Both the position numbers and the translations under genes were made by a program. Below are positions 37,412 to 48,818 of a DNA stretch of 64,000 nucleotides, in pieces; position 1 is the first letter of the stretch; every line of letters starts with the position of its first letter. This DNA is from a candidate division Hyd24-12 bacterium UBA5074. Its GTDB lineage: Bacteria; Fermentibacterota; Fermentibacteria; Fermentibacterales; Fermentibacteraceae. The DNA lies in the NCBI GenBank assembly GCA_002414865.1, contig DIAQ01000033.1, positions 26,958 to 90,957 of the forward strand, read 5' to 3'. Under the pieces are notes generated by a model. The model was not told where the DNA came from and ran no database searches. It worked only from the letters and a program-made list of their open reading frames with translations.

Positions 37412-38016
37412 GCAGGTGGAAGGATCTCACCAACGGGTTCTACACCGAGAACCCGATCTTCAGGATCACACTCGGGATGTGTCCCTTCCTCGCCCTCAGC
37501 ACCTCGGTGCAGAACGCGGTCGGGATGGGCTCTGCAGCCACTTTCGTGCTCATCTGGTCGAACGTGGCGATCTCCGCGCTCCGCAACTTCATACCGGACA
37601 AGATCCGGATTCCGTGCTACATCGTCTTCATCGCAACCTTCGTGAGCCTGGTCGACATGGTCATGGCCGCGTTCATGCCACCTCTCCACAAGGCACTCGG
37701 CATCTACATCCCGCTCATCGTGGTCAACTGCATCATCCTGGGCCGCGCCGAGGCCTTCGCGAACAAGAACACGGTCATGAGCTCGTTCCTCGACGGCATC
37801 GGGATGGGAGTGGGCTTCACCCTCGCCATGCTCCTGATGGCCTCGATCAGGGAGATCCTCGGCAACGGCACATGGTACGGCATCAACATCCTGGGCCATG
37901 CCTACACCAGCCAGCCTGTGCTGCTCGCCATCCTCCCGCCGGGAGCCTTCATACTGATGGGCTTCGTGCTCGGCGTCTTCGCCATCATCGACCGCAGGAA
38001 GGAGCGTGCAGCGTGA
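37408..38016 (+). CDS. rnfE: Rnf complex subunit E
   Basis: ENP, LGMCP.LA, IRIP, IPLIVVNCIILGRAEAFA, LPPGAF. Confidence 0.95.
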   Translation: MSRWKDLTNGFYTENPIFRITLGMCPFLALSTSVQNAVGMGSAATFVLIWSNVAISALRNFIPDKIRIPCYIVFIATFVSLVDMVMAAFMPPLHKALGIYIPLIVVNCIILGRAEAFANKNTVMSSFLDGIGMGVGFTLAMLLMASIREILGNGTWYGINILGHAYTSQPVLLAILPPGAFILMGFVLGVFAIIDRRKERAA

Positions 38017-38651
38017 GCCCGGCTCTACTGCTCTCGGCGGCCGTCTCTTCCACCGGTGCGGGAGACGGGGGCTTCGCCCAGATCATGGGTCTCGTGATAG
38101 GCGGCATCCTGATCAACAACTACGTCCTGTCGCGATTCCTCGGCATCTGCCCGTTCCTCGGGGTCTCGAAGCAGCTCGACTCGGCCATCGGCATGGGCGC
38201 CGCCGTGGTTTTCGTCATGGCGATGACCGGTGCGGCGTGCTGGGCTCTCTGGGAGCTGGTCCTGATCCCGATGCACCTCGAGTACCTTAGCACGATCGTC
38301 TTCATCCTCATCATCGCCGCCCTGGTCCAGCTCGTGGAGATGATCCTGCTGAAATACAGCCCCGCCCTCTACAAGGCCCTCGGGATCTATCTCCCGCTCA
38401 TCACGACGAACTGCGCCGTCCTCGGCGTCGCAGTTCTCAACAAGGACGCCGGCTACAACCTGGCGATGAGCGTCATCAATGCAGTGTCGGGCGCCCTCGG
38501 GTTCGGCCTGGCTCTCATCCTGATGGCCGGCTTGAGGATGAGGATGGAGTACTCGGACATCCCCCTGGCCCTAAGAGGAAAACCCATCACCTTCATCCTC
38601 GCGGGCCTCATGTCCATAGCCTTCCTCGGCTTCGCCGGGCTGGGGGTGTAG
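38013..38651 (+). CDS. rnfA: Rnf complex subunit A
   Basis: NNYVLSRFLGICPFLGVSK, LGIYLPLITTNCAVLG, AGLMSIAF.GF. Confidence 0.95.
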   Translation: MSPALLLSAAVSSTGAGDGGFAQIMGLVIGGILINNYVLSRFLGICPFLGVSKQLDSAIGMGAAVVFVMAMTGAACWALWELVLIPMHLEYLSTIVFILIIAALVQLVEMILLKYSPALYKALGIYLPLITTNCAVLGVAVLNKDAGYNLAMSVINAVSGALGFGLALILMAGLRMRMEYSDIPLALRGKPITFILAGLMSIAFLGFAGLGV

Positions 38652-38652
38652 G

Positions 38653-39708
38653 ATGCACTCCCTAATCATCCAGGCGATGATCTCCTCGCTCCAGGCTCCC
38701 GCTCTCGGCGAAGCGGTCGCCATCCCGGCCGCGCTGCTGGGAGCCACCGGCCTGCTGCTCGGCGTCGGGCTCGCCGTCGCCGCCCGGAAGCTGGCCGTGG
38801 AGAAGGACCCGCTCGTCGCAGAGCTCGAAGCGCTGCTCCCGGGGGCCAACTGCGGAGGCTGCGGATTCCCTGGCTGCAGCGGCTTCGCCAGGGCGCTGGC
38901 CGAGAAGAGGGCCGAGCCCTCCTGCTGCGTTGCGGCCAATGCGGCGACGCTCTCCTCCCTGGCCAGGGCGATGGGTGTCGAGCTGTCCGAGCAGGTGCGC
39001 AAAGTCGCGCTCGTCCAGTGCAACGGCGGCCGTTCCGCCGTCGATGCCTTCGCCTACGACGGTCCCCGCTCCTGCACCTCGGCCATGCTCGTCATGGGAG
39101 GGTCGAAGGCCTGCAGGTTCGGGTGCCTCGGCATGGGTGACTGCGTGTCCTCCTGCCCGTTCGGTGCGCTCTCGATGGGCGAGAAGGGGATTCCCTCCGT
39201 GAACCGCGAGAAGTGCACCGGATGCGGAAAGTGCGTCTCGACCTGTCCCAAGAAGCTCATCGTCCTGTGGCCCGGGAACCGGGAGGTGGCCGTAGCCTGC
39301 AGCAACAGGGAGCGCGGACCCGTCGCCCGGAAGGGATGCGGCGTCGCCTGCATCGCCTGCGGGAAATGCGAGAAGGAATGCCCGGTCCAGGCGATCGCGA
39401 TCACCGACTTCCTGTCCCGCATCGATGCCGCGAAATGCATCAACTGCGGGATATGCGCCACGGTGTGCCCCACGGGCGCGATCATCGACAGGGCGCCGGC
39501 CCGCCCCAGGGCTTATATCGACACGAGCTGCATCGGCTGCACGATATGCGCCAAGGTGTGCCCCACCAAGGCAATAACCGGCGAGTTGAAGCAGAAGCAC
39601 GAGGTCGATGCCGCGAAGTGCGTGGGCTGTGGCCAGTGCGTTCCCAAGTGCCCCAAGAAGGCGATCAGGCTGATGGGTTCGCTGGCCTACTCCAAGGAGG
39701 TCCGCTAG
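38653..39708 (+). CDS. rnfB: Rnf complex subunit B (polyferredoxin-extended)
   Basis: LPGANCGGCGFPGC plus six further ferredoxin-type Cys clusters. Confidence 0.93.
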   Translation: MHSLIIQAMISSLQAPALGEAVAIPAALLGATGLLLGVGLAVAARKLAVEKDPLVAELEALLPGANCGGCGFPGCSGFARALAEKRAEPSCCVAANAATLSSLARAMGVELSEQVRKVALVQCNGGRSAVDAFAYDGPRSCTSAMLVMGGSKACRFGCLGMGDCVSSCPFGALSMGEKGIPSVNREKCTGCGKCVSTCPKKLIVLWPGNREVAVACSNRERGPVARKGCGVACIACGKCEKECPVQAIAITDFLSRIDAAKCINCGICATVCPTGAIIDRAPARPRAYIDTSCIGCTICAKVCPTKAITGELKQKHEVDAAKCVGCGQCVPKCPKKAIRLMGSLAYSKEVR

Positions 39709-39710
39709 CC

Positions 39711-41080
<1,370 letters not shown>

Positions 41081-41090
<10 letters not shown>

Positions 41091-42958
41091 TAGCAGGCAC
41101 CGCCGGCCACATCGACCACGGCAAGAGCTCTCTCGTCAGGTGGCTCACCGGGCGCGATCCCGACCGCCTGAAGGAGGAGAAGCTCCGGGGCATCACCATC
41201 GAGCTCGGATACGTCTTCATGCCCCTGCCGGACGGAGGCGTGCTCGCGTTCATAGACGTTCCCGGACACGAGAAGTTCGTCCGCCAGATGGTAGCAGGCG
41301 TCGCCACCGTGGATTTCTTCCTCCTGGTCGTGGCAGCCGACGAAGGGGTCATGCCCCAGACCCGCGAGCATTTCGATATCCTGAGGCTTCTGGGGGTCAG
41401 GGACGGAATGGTGGCTCTGACGAAATGCGACATGGTGGACCGGGAAGTCCAGGACATGGCGGAGGAGGAGGTCTCGGACCTGTTCGCCGGGGCCGGCCAT
41501 GCCTCGATCCCCGTCCACAGGGTCTCCTCCGTCACCGGGGAAGGCATGGAGGATCTGCGCGCGGCGTTGATCGCCAGGGCCGCCAGCATCAGGAGGAGGG
41601 ACGCCAGCGACCGCTTCAGGCTGGCCATCGACAGGGTCTTCACCCTCCAGGGCCACGGCACTGTCGTCGCCGGTACGGTTCTGTCCGGTTCGGTGCACAG
41701 CGGTGAGACCGTGGAGCTCCTGCCCGCCGGGAAACCTTACCGGGTCAGGGAGATACGAGTAAACGAGGGAAGGACCCAGGGGGCCGGCACGGCAGGGGAC
41801 AGGGTCGCCCTCAATCTGGTCGGTCTCGAGAAGGAGGACGCCTGGAGGGGGAGCTGCCTCGCAGTGCCGGGATGGCTCCAGGCCCGGAGCGGCTTCGACG
41901 CCGAGTGCACCATGCTTCCGGACGCCATGCTCGAACACAGGCAGAGGGTGCGTTTCCACACAGGGACCGCCGAGGTCATGGCCTGGGCCATACCGATCTC
42001 TACCGAGGGGCTCGCCCCGGGCATGACGGGCTTCGTCCATTTCGAGCTCGAGGAGCCCGTCGTCGCCGTTCCCGGCGACAGGTTCGTCATCAGGAGGTAT
42101 TCCCCGGTGTCCACCATCGGGGGAGGGCTGATACTGGAGGCCGGCACCGCCCGCATCAGGGCGAAGGCCAGGGACGAGCGCCTCAGGCGGGTTGAAATGC
42201 TCTCCGGGGGCGACATCCGGGGCATTCTCCTGGCCAAGCTCGCATCGAAGCGCTGGGAGGGATTCGCCCTGGCCGAGGCCTCCCGGGAGCTGGGCAGGGG
42301 AGCGGAGGAGATCGCGTCCGCGATGTCCTCCCTGGCAGCGGACGGGGAAGCGCTCATCCTCAGGGACGGCTCCGCGGAGAGAGCCGTGGCTGCATCGACA
42401 GCTTCCGAAGCCATGGCAAGGCTGACCGCAGCACTTTCGGACTATCACGCCGAGAGACCGCTCAGCGCAGGTCTTCTCTCCTCGCAGGTCGCTCGTCTCC
42501 TGCCCGAGGCGCCCCAGTGGTTCCTGAGGGGGATTCTCGGGAGGATGGCCGAGTCCTCGACCATCCGCAGATCCGGCGACAGGATCGCCCTCGGCTCCTT
42601 CCCCGCGGAGATCCCGGACCCTCTTCCCGCAAGCGTCCGCTCCCTTCTCGAAGCGGTCGGAGGCGCCGGCTTCCAGGGCTGGGAGCCGCCTCAGGGGACC
42701 GGCTCTGCGCTCGTCGAGTCCCTCCTCGAGCGGGGGCTGCTTCTCGAGCTCGAGAAGGGGCTGCTCACCTCTCCATCCGTCGCGAAGGATGCGGAGGCCT
42801 CTCTGAGATCCACATTCGGCACGGCCGGGTTCCGCCTCGGGGAACTGCGCCAGGCCCTCGGCGTTCCACGGAAAGCTGCCGTGCTCTGGGCCGAGCTGCT
42901 CGACCGGCTGGGCCTCACAGGCCGGAAGGGGGACCTCCGCTTCCTGACGGCCGGCTAG
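41081..42958 (+). CDS. selB: Selenocysteine-specific elongation factor
   Basis: GTAGHIDHGKS, DRLKEEK.RGITIELG, DVPGHEKF, MPQTREH, IDRVFT..GHGTV, C-terminal winged-helix end (RK...LD..G.T.R.GD.R). Confidence 0.96.
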
Positions 42959-42966
42959 GGTGCGGC

Positions 42967-42995
42967 TTTACAGCCCGTCGGCGCTTGTCTATTCT
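42967..42995 (+). promoter_or_regulatory. Sigma70 promoter for ugd
   Basis: TTTACA, 17 nt spacer, TATTCT. Confidence 0.55.
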
Positions 42996-43035
42996 CGCAG
43001 CTGTCTCACAACTACGCTCAGACCCTGGAGGAAAG

Positions 43036-44337
43036 ATGCGGATCGCAGTAGTGGGTAGCGGCTATGTAGGACTCGTGGCCGCCACGTGCCTCGCTGAGAT
43101 GGGCAACGATGTCATCTCGGTGGACAAGGACGAGCGCAAGATCTCCGATCTGGGACGGGGGATAATCCCCATCTTCGAGCCGGGCCTCGACGAGATGGTC
43201 CATCGGAACACGGCCGAGGGCAGGCTGACCTTCAGCACGGACGTGGCCGACTCTGTCAGGAAGAGCGACATCATCTTCATCGCCGTGGGCACGCCTCCCG
43301 ACGAGGACGGCTCGGCCGACCTGAAGCACGTGCTCTCGGTGGCCCGGGAGATAGGCCACAACATGGACGGTCCCAGGATCGTCGTGAACAAGAGCACTGT
43401 CCCCGTCGGCACCGCTGACCTGGTGAAGGCCGAGATACAGGCCATCACCTCCCATCCCGTCAACGTCGTCAGCAACCCCGAGTTCCTCAAGGAAGGCACC
43501 GCCATAGATGACTTCATGAAGCCCGACAGGGTGGTCATCGGCACTGACGATCCCGCGACCGCGGAGGCCATGAAGGAGCTCTATTCCCCGTTCGTGCGTA
43601 CCAACAACCCCATACTCGTGATGAGCAACCGAAGCGCCGAGATGACGAAGTACGTGGCCAACAGCCTCCTCGCGGCGCGCATCTCCTTCATGAACGAGAT
43701 AGCCAACCTGTGCGACATCATCGATGCCGACGTCAACGAAGTCAGGATAGGCGTCGGATCCGACCGGAGGATAGGCCCGAGCTTCCTCTTCCCCGGAGTC
43801 GGGTTCGGGGGCTCCTGCTTCCCCAAGGATGTCCGCGCTCTCATGGCCACCGCCAGGGAGAACGGCTACCGCCTCCGCTCGCTCGAAGCGGCGCACGAAG
43901 TGAACGAGGAACAGAAGCGCGTATTCGTCCACAAGGCCGTGAAGCACTTCGGCACGAACATGGACGGACTCAGGTTCGGCATCTGGGGTCTGTCGTTCAA
44001 GCCCAACACCGACGACATCCGCGAATCCCCCGCCCTCGTGATAATCGACGAGCTCCTGGAACGGGGAGCCGCCGTCTCCGTTTTCGACCCGCAGGCCATG
44101 CGCAACACGACCGATCGGTACGGCGACAGGCTCACTTTCTGCCGCACGGCCTACGACGCCACCTCGGGGGTCGACGCCCTGTTCCTCCTGACGGAGTGGA
44201 TGGAGTTCCGCGAGCCCGATTTCGCCAGGATCAGGACCCTGATGAGGGGATCGGTCGTGTTCGACGGCAGGAACGTCTGGAATCCCGAGAAGATCAAGAA
44301 GCTGGGCTTCACGTATTACGGAGTCGGACGGAGATAG
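43036..44337 (+). CDS. ugd: UDP-glucose/GDP-mannose dehydrogenase
   Basis: G.GYVGL, KSTVPVGT, SNPEFLKEG, GFGGSCFPKD, FKPNTDD.RE. Confidence 0.95.
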   Translation: MRIAVVGSGYVGLVAATCLAEMGNDVISVDKDERKISDLGRGIIPIFEPGLDEMVHRNTAEGRLTFSTDVADSVRKSDIIFIAVGTPPDEDGSADLKHVLSVAREIGHNMDGPRIVVNKSTVPVGTADLVKAEIQAITSHPVNVVSNPEFLKEGTAIDDFMKPDRVVIGTDDPATAEAMKELYSPFVRTNNPILVMSNRSAEMTKYVANSLLAARISFMNEIANLCDIIDADVNEVRIGVGSDRRIGPSFLFPGVGFGGSCFPKDVRALMATARENGYRLRSLEAAHEVNEEQKRVFVHKAVKHFGTNMDGLRFGIWGLSFKPNTDDIRESPALVIIDELLERGAAVSVFDPQAMRNTTDRYGDRLTFCRTAYDATSGVDALFLLTEWMEFREPDFARIRTLMRGSVVFDGRNVWNPEKIKKLGFTYYGVGRR

Positions 44338-44762
44338 TGAGAGCGACCTTCTGCGCGCTCCTGCTCGCAGGCATCTGCACCGCGTCGGGGCTGGAGGGCT
44401 ACGTGGTGCCCGGGCTCGAGACCGGCGAAGTGCTCATGAGCGTGCATGTCTGGGGCTGCGTCAACGTCCCGGGCACCCAGCTCCTGCCCGCCGGATCCGA
44501 CCTCGTGGCGGCCCTTTCCGCGGCGGGCGGCCCCTCGGCGGACGCCGACCTGACGGAGGTCAGGATGGTCTTCGATTCCACCGAGTCGATCTATGACCTC
44601 GAGAGCTTCCTGATGGGTGAAGGACCCCCGGTTCCCTCCCTCGTGCCTGGCGTGACGGTGTACGTTCCGAGGTCGACCTCGGACTGGTGGAAGGAAGCTC
44701 TCGACGTCGCATACAAGCTGCTCGTGACAGCCAACCTCGTCTGGATAATGCTGGACAGATGA
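44337..44762 (+). CDS. Small SLBB-domain protein (polysaccharide export-associated)
   Basis: Signal peptide, VHVWG.V..PG, AL..AGG....A.L, amphipathic C-terminal helix; stop overlaps the wzc start. Confidence 0.75.
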   Translation: MRATFCALLLAGICTASGLEGYVVPGLETGEVLMSVHVWGCVNVPGTQLLPAGSDLVAALSAAGGPSADADLTEVRMVFDSTESIYDLESFLMGEGPPVPSLVPGVTVYVPRSTSDWWKEALDVAYKLLVTANLVWIMLDR

Positions 44763-47002
44763 CAGGAGCAACCGAGGAGAGAGATTCCATAAATCTGGCG
44801 GAGTACGTGTGGCTCATCCGCCAGGGCAAGTGGATAATCCTGGCCTTCGTCGTGATCGCGATGGCGGTGAGCATCTACGTGACCATGCGAACCGCTCCGG
44901 TCTACCAGTCCAGCACTACCTTCATCTACGACTTCACGAACACCATGTCCCAGACCCTCGACTTCCAGGGCGTGTTCTGGTTCGAGGTGGAGCCCCAGAA
45001 GAACAACCAGATCCAGATCATCCGCAGCAGGAGCATGGCCGAGGCCGTCGCCGACTCGGTGCTGCGCTCCCCCGACTCGGACAGCCTCGTCGCACTTCTC
45101 TTCGACGGCATGGTCCCCGAGGGCCCCGCCCTCAGGTCCGCGCTCGTCTCTCTCAGCGCGGGGAACATCTCCGTAAGCGTGATGAAGGACACGGACTTCT
45201 TCATCCTCTCCGCCACCGGCAGCTCTCCCTCGGCCTCGGCGGCACTTGCCAACCTGGTGGCGCATACCTACTACAGGAGAAACCTCGAGGACGTCCGCGG
45301 CGAGAACCGGGAGATCAGGGAATTCCTCGCGAGCCAGCTCACCGAGATGGAGCAGAAGCTCCTCGGCGACGAAGCCTCCCTGAGGGATTACAAGGAGCAG
45401 CACGGACTCGTCGATCTCGACACCGAGACCAGGGAGCTCGTGACCAACCTCTCGACGCTCGAGACCCAGTCGGCCCTCGCTGCAACGGAACTCGGAGCCC
45501 TTGAAGCCACCCGCAACTACCTCTATTCGAGGAGCGAGGGCTTCAGGAGCAGTCTGCCGGAGGACCTCGAGTCCCTGAACAGCGCCCTCGTATCCTCACT
45601 CCAGTCCGACCTGGCCCTCCTGGAGGGCTCCAGAGCGTCTCTGCTCGCCAGGGGAGCCGACGAGGGCGATCCAGCGGTCGCAGACATCGATGCCGAGATA
45701 TCCTCCAGGCGCTCCTCCCTGGCGGATGCCCTCGCCGACCTCGCGGGCAGCGACTTCCCGGCCGATCCCTCGGGTGCCGTTCAGGGTGTCATGTCCGACC
45801 TTCTCAGGACCGAGGCCGATATCAGGGGCGAGAGGACCAGGAAGTCGGTTCTCGACGGTCTGGTGGCCGACATGGACTCGAGGCTGCTGGAACTGCCCGA
45901 GGCCGAGATGAGCCTGGCCCGCCTCGAGAGGAACAGGACCGTCAGCGAGAACGTCTATCTCCTCATGAGGACCAAATACGAGGAGATCCGTATCGCCGAA
46001 GCCGGCCAGATCGGCAACGTGACCATAATCGACACGGCTCTGCCCGGAGGGCTCATCAAGCCCTCCAAACAGCGCAATCTGATGATGGGCCTTCTGATCG
46101 GCCTGGCCCTCGGCGTCGGCACGGTATTCCTCCGGGAGAAGCTGGACACGAGCCTCTCGAGTCCGGAGCATGTGGAGGCTCTCGGGATCTCTATCCTCGG
46201 CGTGGTCCCCCGCATCAGGCGGCCATCGGCGGCGCCCTTCTCGGCGGGAACCGGCATGTCGACGAGCCTCGTCACCTACTTCGCCCCGCGCGACCCGGTG
46301 AGCGAGGCCTACCGCGACCTGAGAACCAGCCTGAAGTTCAGCAGGACCGACCTGCAGATCCGCACGATCCTCGTCACCAGCGCGGGACCCCGCGAGGGCA
46401 AGTCCACCACATCGGCCAACCTGGCGATAGCCTTCGCCCAGTCGGGGCAGAAGTGCCTGCTGGTCGATGCCGATCTCCGGCGCCCGGTGGCGCACAACCT
46501 CTTCAACGTGCCCAGGGAGCCCGGCCTGTCTGAAGCCGTGGCAGGCATGGCCCCGCTCGAGAAGTGCATCAGGGAGACCGGGGTCGACAACCTCAGCGTC
46601 CTGCCCTGCGGGTTCATCCCGCACAACCCGTCCGAGCTCCTGGGCAGCGCGAAGCTGCGCGAGCTCATGGGTGTCCTCAAGGCGGGATGGGACATGGTCA
46701 TCTTCGACAGCCCGCCTGTCGCGGTCGTGACCGACGCACTCCTGCTGAGCCCCGAGTTCGACGGAACGCTGATCGTCGTGGGGGCGAAGCTCGGCAACAA
46801 GAGGGTCGTCCAGACCGCTCTCTCCAAGCTCGCGCGGGCCTCCGCCCATGTCGTGGGCGCCGTGCTGAACGGTTTCGATCCCCTCAGGATGTACACCAGT
46901 TACGGCTACTACACCTACAGGTACTACTACTACTACTCGGACGGAAGGCGTAAGAAGCCGGAGTCCGGGAAGTCACGCAAGGCCAGCAGAGAAACCCCCT
47001 AG
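44759..47002 (+). CDS. wzc: Polysaccharide co-polymerase / BY-kinase (Wzc-like)
   Basis: Two TM helices flanking a coiled coil, EAYRDLRT, GPREGKST, DADLRRP, FDSPP, C-terminal Tyr cluster. Confidence 0.93.
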   Translation: MTGATEERDSINLAEYVWLIRQGKWIILAFVVIAMAVSIYVTMRTAPVYQSSTTFIYDFTNTMSQTLDFQGVFWFEVEPQKNNQIQIIRSRSMAEAVADSVLRSPDSDSLVALLFDGMVPEGPALRSALVSLSAGNISVSVMKDTDFFILSATGSSPSASAALANLVAHTYYRRNLEDVRGENREIREFLASQLTEMEQKLLGDEASLRDYKEQHGLVDLDTETRELVTNLSTLETQSALAATELGALEATRNYLYSRSEGFRSSLPEDLESLNSALVSSLQSDLALLEGSRASLLARGADEGDPAVADIDAEISSRRSSLADALADLAGSDFPADPSGAVQGVMSDLLRTEADIRGERTRKSVLDGLVADMDSRLLELPEAEMSLARLERNRTVSENVYLLMRTKYEEIRIAEAGQIGNVTIIDTALPGGLIKPSKQRNLMMGLLIGLALGVGTVFLREKLDTSLSSPEHVEALGISILGVVPRIRRPSAAPFSAGTGMSTSLVTYFAPRDPVSEAYRDLRTSLKFSRTDLQIRTILVTSAGPREGKSTTSANLAIAFAQSGQKCLLVDADLRRPVAHNLFNVPREPGLSEAVAGMAPLEKCIRETGVDNLSVLPCGFIPHNPSELLGSAKLRELMGVLKAGWDMVIFDSPPVAVVTDALLLSPEFDGTLIVVGAKLGNKRVVQTALSKLARASAHVVGAVLNGFDPLRMYTSYGYYTYRYYYYYSDGRRKKPESGKSRKASRETP

Positions 47003-47088
47003 CACATCCATCCCCGGCTCCCTCCACACGGAGCGCTCCCCCTGCAAGGGGGGGTGACCGCGACCGCACCTCGCGACCTCATCCTTCT

Positions 47089-47141
47089 GTGGGTGAAATT
47101 CCCATGAAATGGGTTGACAGTGGTAGGAAGTGGGGTAGAAT
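47089..47141 (+). promoter_or_regulatory. dcw promoter with MraZ-box-like repeats
   Basis: TTGACA (47114-19), 16 nt spacer, TAGAAT (47136-41); (G/A)TGG repeats at 47089, 47109, 47120 and 47130 with roughly 10-nt periodicity. Confidence 0.75.
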
Positions 47142-47160
47142 ATCCCTCACAGGGGGGAAC

Positions 47161-47598
47161 ATGGGCGAGTTCACTGGCACTCATCAGCACACGCTCGACG
47201 AAAAGGGCCGGGTGAGTGTGCCCGCCCAGTTCCGGAGGCAGCTCACCGGCGAGGACCTCTACCTGAACCTCGGGATGGACGGCTGTCTCGAGCTGTATAC
47301 GCCCGAGAAATGGTCCTCCCTCCGCGACTCCCTAGGAAAAGTCTCCCGCAACCAGGAGCGCAACAGGTTCTTCGTGCGGAGGTTCGCAAGCTTCGTGCGA
47401 CCCGTCAGCGTCGATGCGCAGGGGCGGATCTCCATCCCTGCCGATCTGCAGAGCCTCGCGGGGATGAAGAGCGAGGTCGTGTTCCTGGGCCAGCTGGACA
47501 AGATCGAGATCTGGTCGCCCGACCGGCTGGCAGCGTTCATGAAACGCGAGGACATCTCGTTCGAAGAGGTGGCTGAAGGGCTCGAGATAGATCTCTGA
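47161..47598 (+). CDS. mraZ: Division/cell wall cluster transcriptional repressor MraZ
   Basis: F.G...H.LDEKGRV.VP, D.QGRI.IP, IEIW. Confidence 0.95.
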   Translation: MGEFTGTHQHTLDEKGRVSVPAQFRRQLTGEDLYLNLGMDGCLELYTPEKWSSLRDSLGKVSRNQERNRFFVRRFASFVRPVSVDAQGRISIPADLQSLAGMKSEVVFLGQLDKIEIWSPDRLAAFMKREDISFEEVAEGLEIDL

Positions 47599-47628
47599 CG
47601 CCGGGCTCCACCCGGGGGTCGGATTGGT

Positions 47629-48522
47629 ATGGCTCTGCAGGAAAGCGTCCGCGAGGTATCCCGCAGCGTCCCGGTCGCCCGTCACGAGCCCGTGATGGTC
47701 GGGGAGATCGTCGATTTCCTCCGCCCGGCCGCGCAGGCGCTCGTCGTGGACGGTACGGCCGGGGGTGGAGGGCACCTGGCTGCGCTCATGGCTGCCTTCC
47801 CCGGAGCCCGTTTCCTCGCGGTCGACCTCGATCCCGAAGCCGTCCGCAGAGTGGGGGAGACCCTTGATGACGAGAGGCTCGAGATCATCGCATCGGGATT
47901 CGACTGCATCCCCGAGCTGCTCGCATCGCACGGTCTCGGGGGAGCCGCCGCCGCCCTGTTCGATCTCGGGCTCTCCTCGATCCAGCTCGACGACGCGGAA
48001 AGGGGTTTCGCCCATTCCCTCGACGGGCCTCTGGACATGAGGTTCGACCGCGGCACCGGCGTGCCCGCATCCGAGCTGCTCGAGGGCATGTCTGAGACGG
48101 AGATCGCCGACCTCGTCTACACCTTCGGACAGGAAGGCAGGAGCCGCTCGATCGCTCGCGAGATAGTCAGGGCGCGTCCCGTGGAGACCACGGGCGACCT
48201 CGCCCGCGCGGTGTGCCGGGCTGTGAGGGGCCGTCCGGTCAAGCCCCTGTCCAGGGTCTTCCAGGCCCTCAGGATGGCGGTCAACGACGAGCCGGGAAGG
48301 CTTGCGAGGCTCCTTTCGGGGCTTCCAGGATGGACCCTGCCCGGAGCCAGGGTGGCGTTTCTCACATTCCATTCGCTCGAGGACAGGGCGGTGAAGCGCT
48401 TCTTCATCGACGATCCTGCCTTCACGCCCTGGGATCCCCCGTGGATGGCCCCCTCCAGGGAGGAGATACGGAGGAACCCCAGGTCCCGGTCCGCCAAGCT
48501 GCGCATGGGGGTCAGGTCGTGA
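47629..48522 (+). CDS. rsmH: 16S rRNA m4C1402 methyltransferase
   Basis: HEPVM, DGT.GGGGH, DLGLSS.QLD, PLDMR, FQALR, FHSLEDR, NPRSRSAKLR. Confidence 0.96.
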   Translation: MALQESVREVSRSVPVARHEPVMVGEIVDFLRPAAQALVVDGTAGGGGHLAALMAAFPGARFLAVDLDPEAVRRVGETLDDERLEIIASGFDCIPELLASHGLGGAAAALFDLGLSSIQLDDAERGFAHSLDGPLDMRFDRGTGVPASELLEGMSETEIADLVYTFGQEGRSRSIAREIVRARPVETTGDLARAVCRAVRGRPVKPLSRVFQALRMAVNDEPGRLARLLSGLPGWTLPGARVAFLTFHSLEDRAVKRFFIDDPAFTPWDPPWMAPSREEIRRNPRSRSAKLRMGVRS

Positions 48523-48818
48523 GCCGCATGCGGCAGGCCCTGCTGGTCGCGGCAGTGCTGCTCGTCGCGCTGGCCATGGGCGAGGTGGTCCTGTACAACT
48601 TCCGGCTCTCGCTCGCCCTGCGCATGGAGGACCTCGAGACCGAGCGCACCGCTCTGATCAGGGAGAGGGAGGAGCTGGAGAACCTGAAGGCCGCGCTCCT
48701 GGCGCCGTACAGGCTGGAGGAGGCCGGAAGGGCGCTGGGGCTGGAGCCCCTTCCGCTGTCGCAGCTGGCGCTCGTCCCCGGGGAGGTGGGAGAGGATGCC
48801 ATTGCTTCTCTCAGATGA
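48519..48818 (+). CDS. ftsL: Cell division protein FtsL-like
   Basis: Lies between rsmH and ftsI; TM helix plus leucine-zipper coiled coil. Confidence 0.7.
   Translation: MSRMRQALLVAAVLLVALAMGEVVLYNFRLSLALRMEDLETERTALIREREELENLKAALLAPYRLEEAGRALGLEPLPLSQLALVPGEVGEDAIASLR

Noticed and set aside
46900-46940. (TAC)n microsatellite
   Set aside because: It encodes the normal C-terminal tyrosine phosphorylation cluster of Wzc.
47596-47631. In-frame TGA plus hairpin between mraZ and rsmH
   Set aside because: Both genes are complete, well-known separate proteins, and the hairpin geometry does not match the SECIS pattern.
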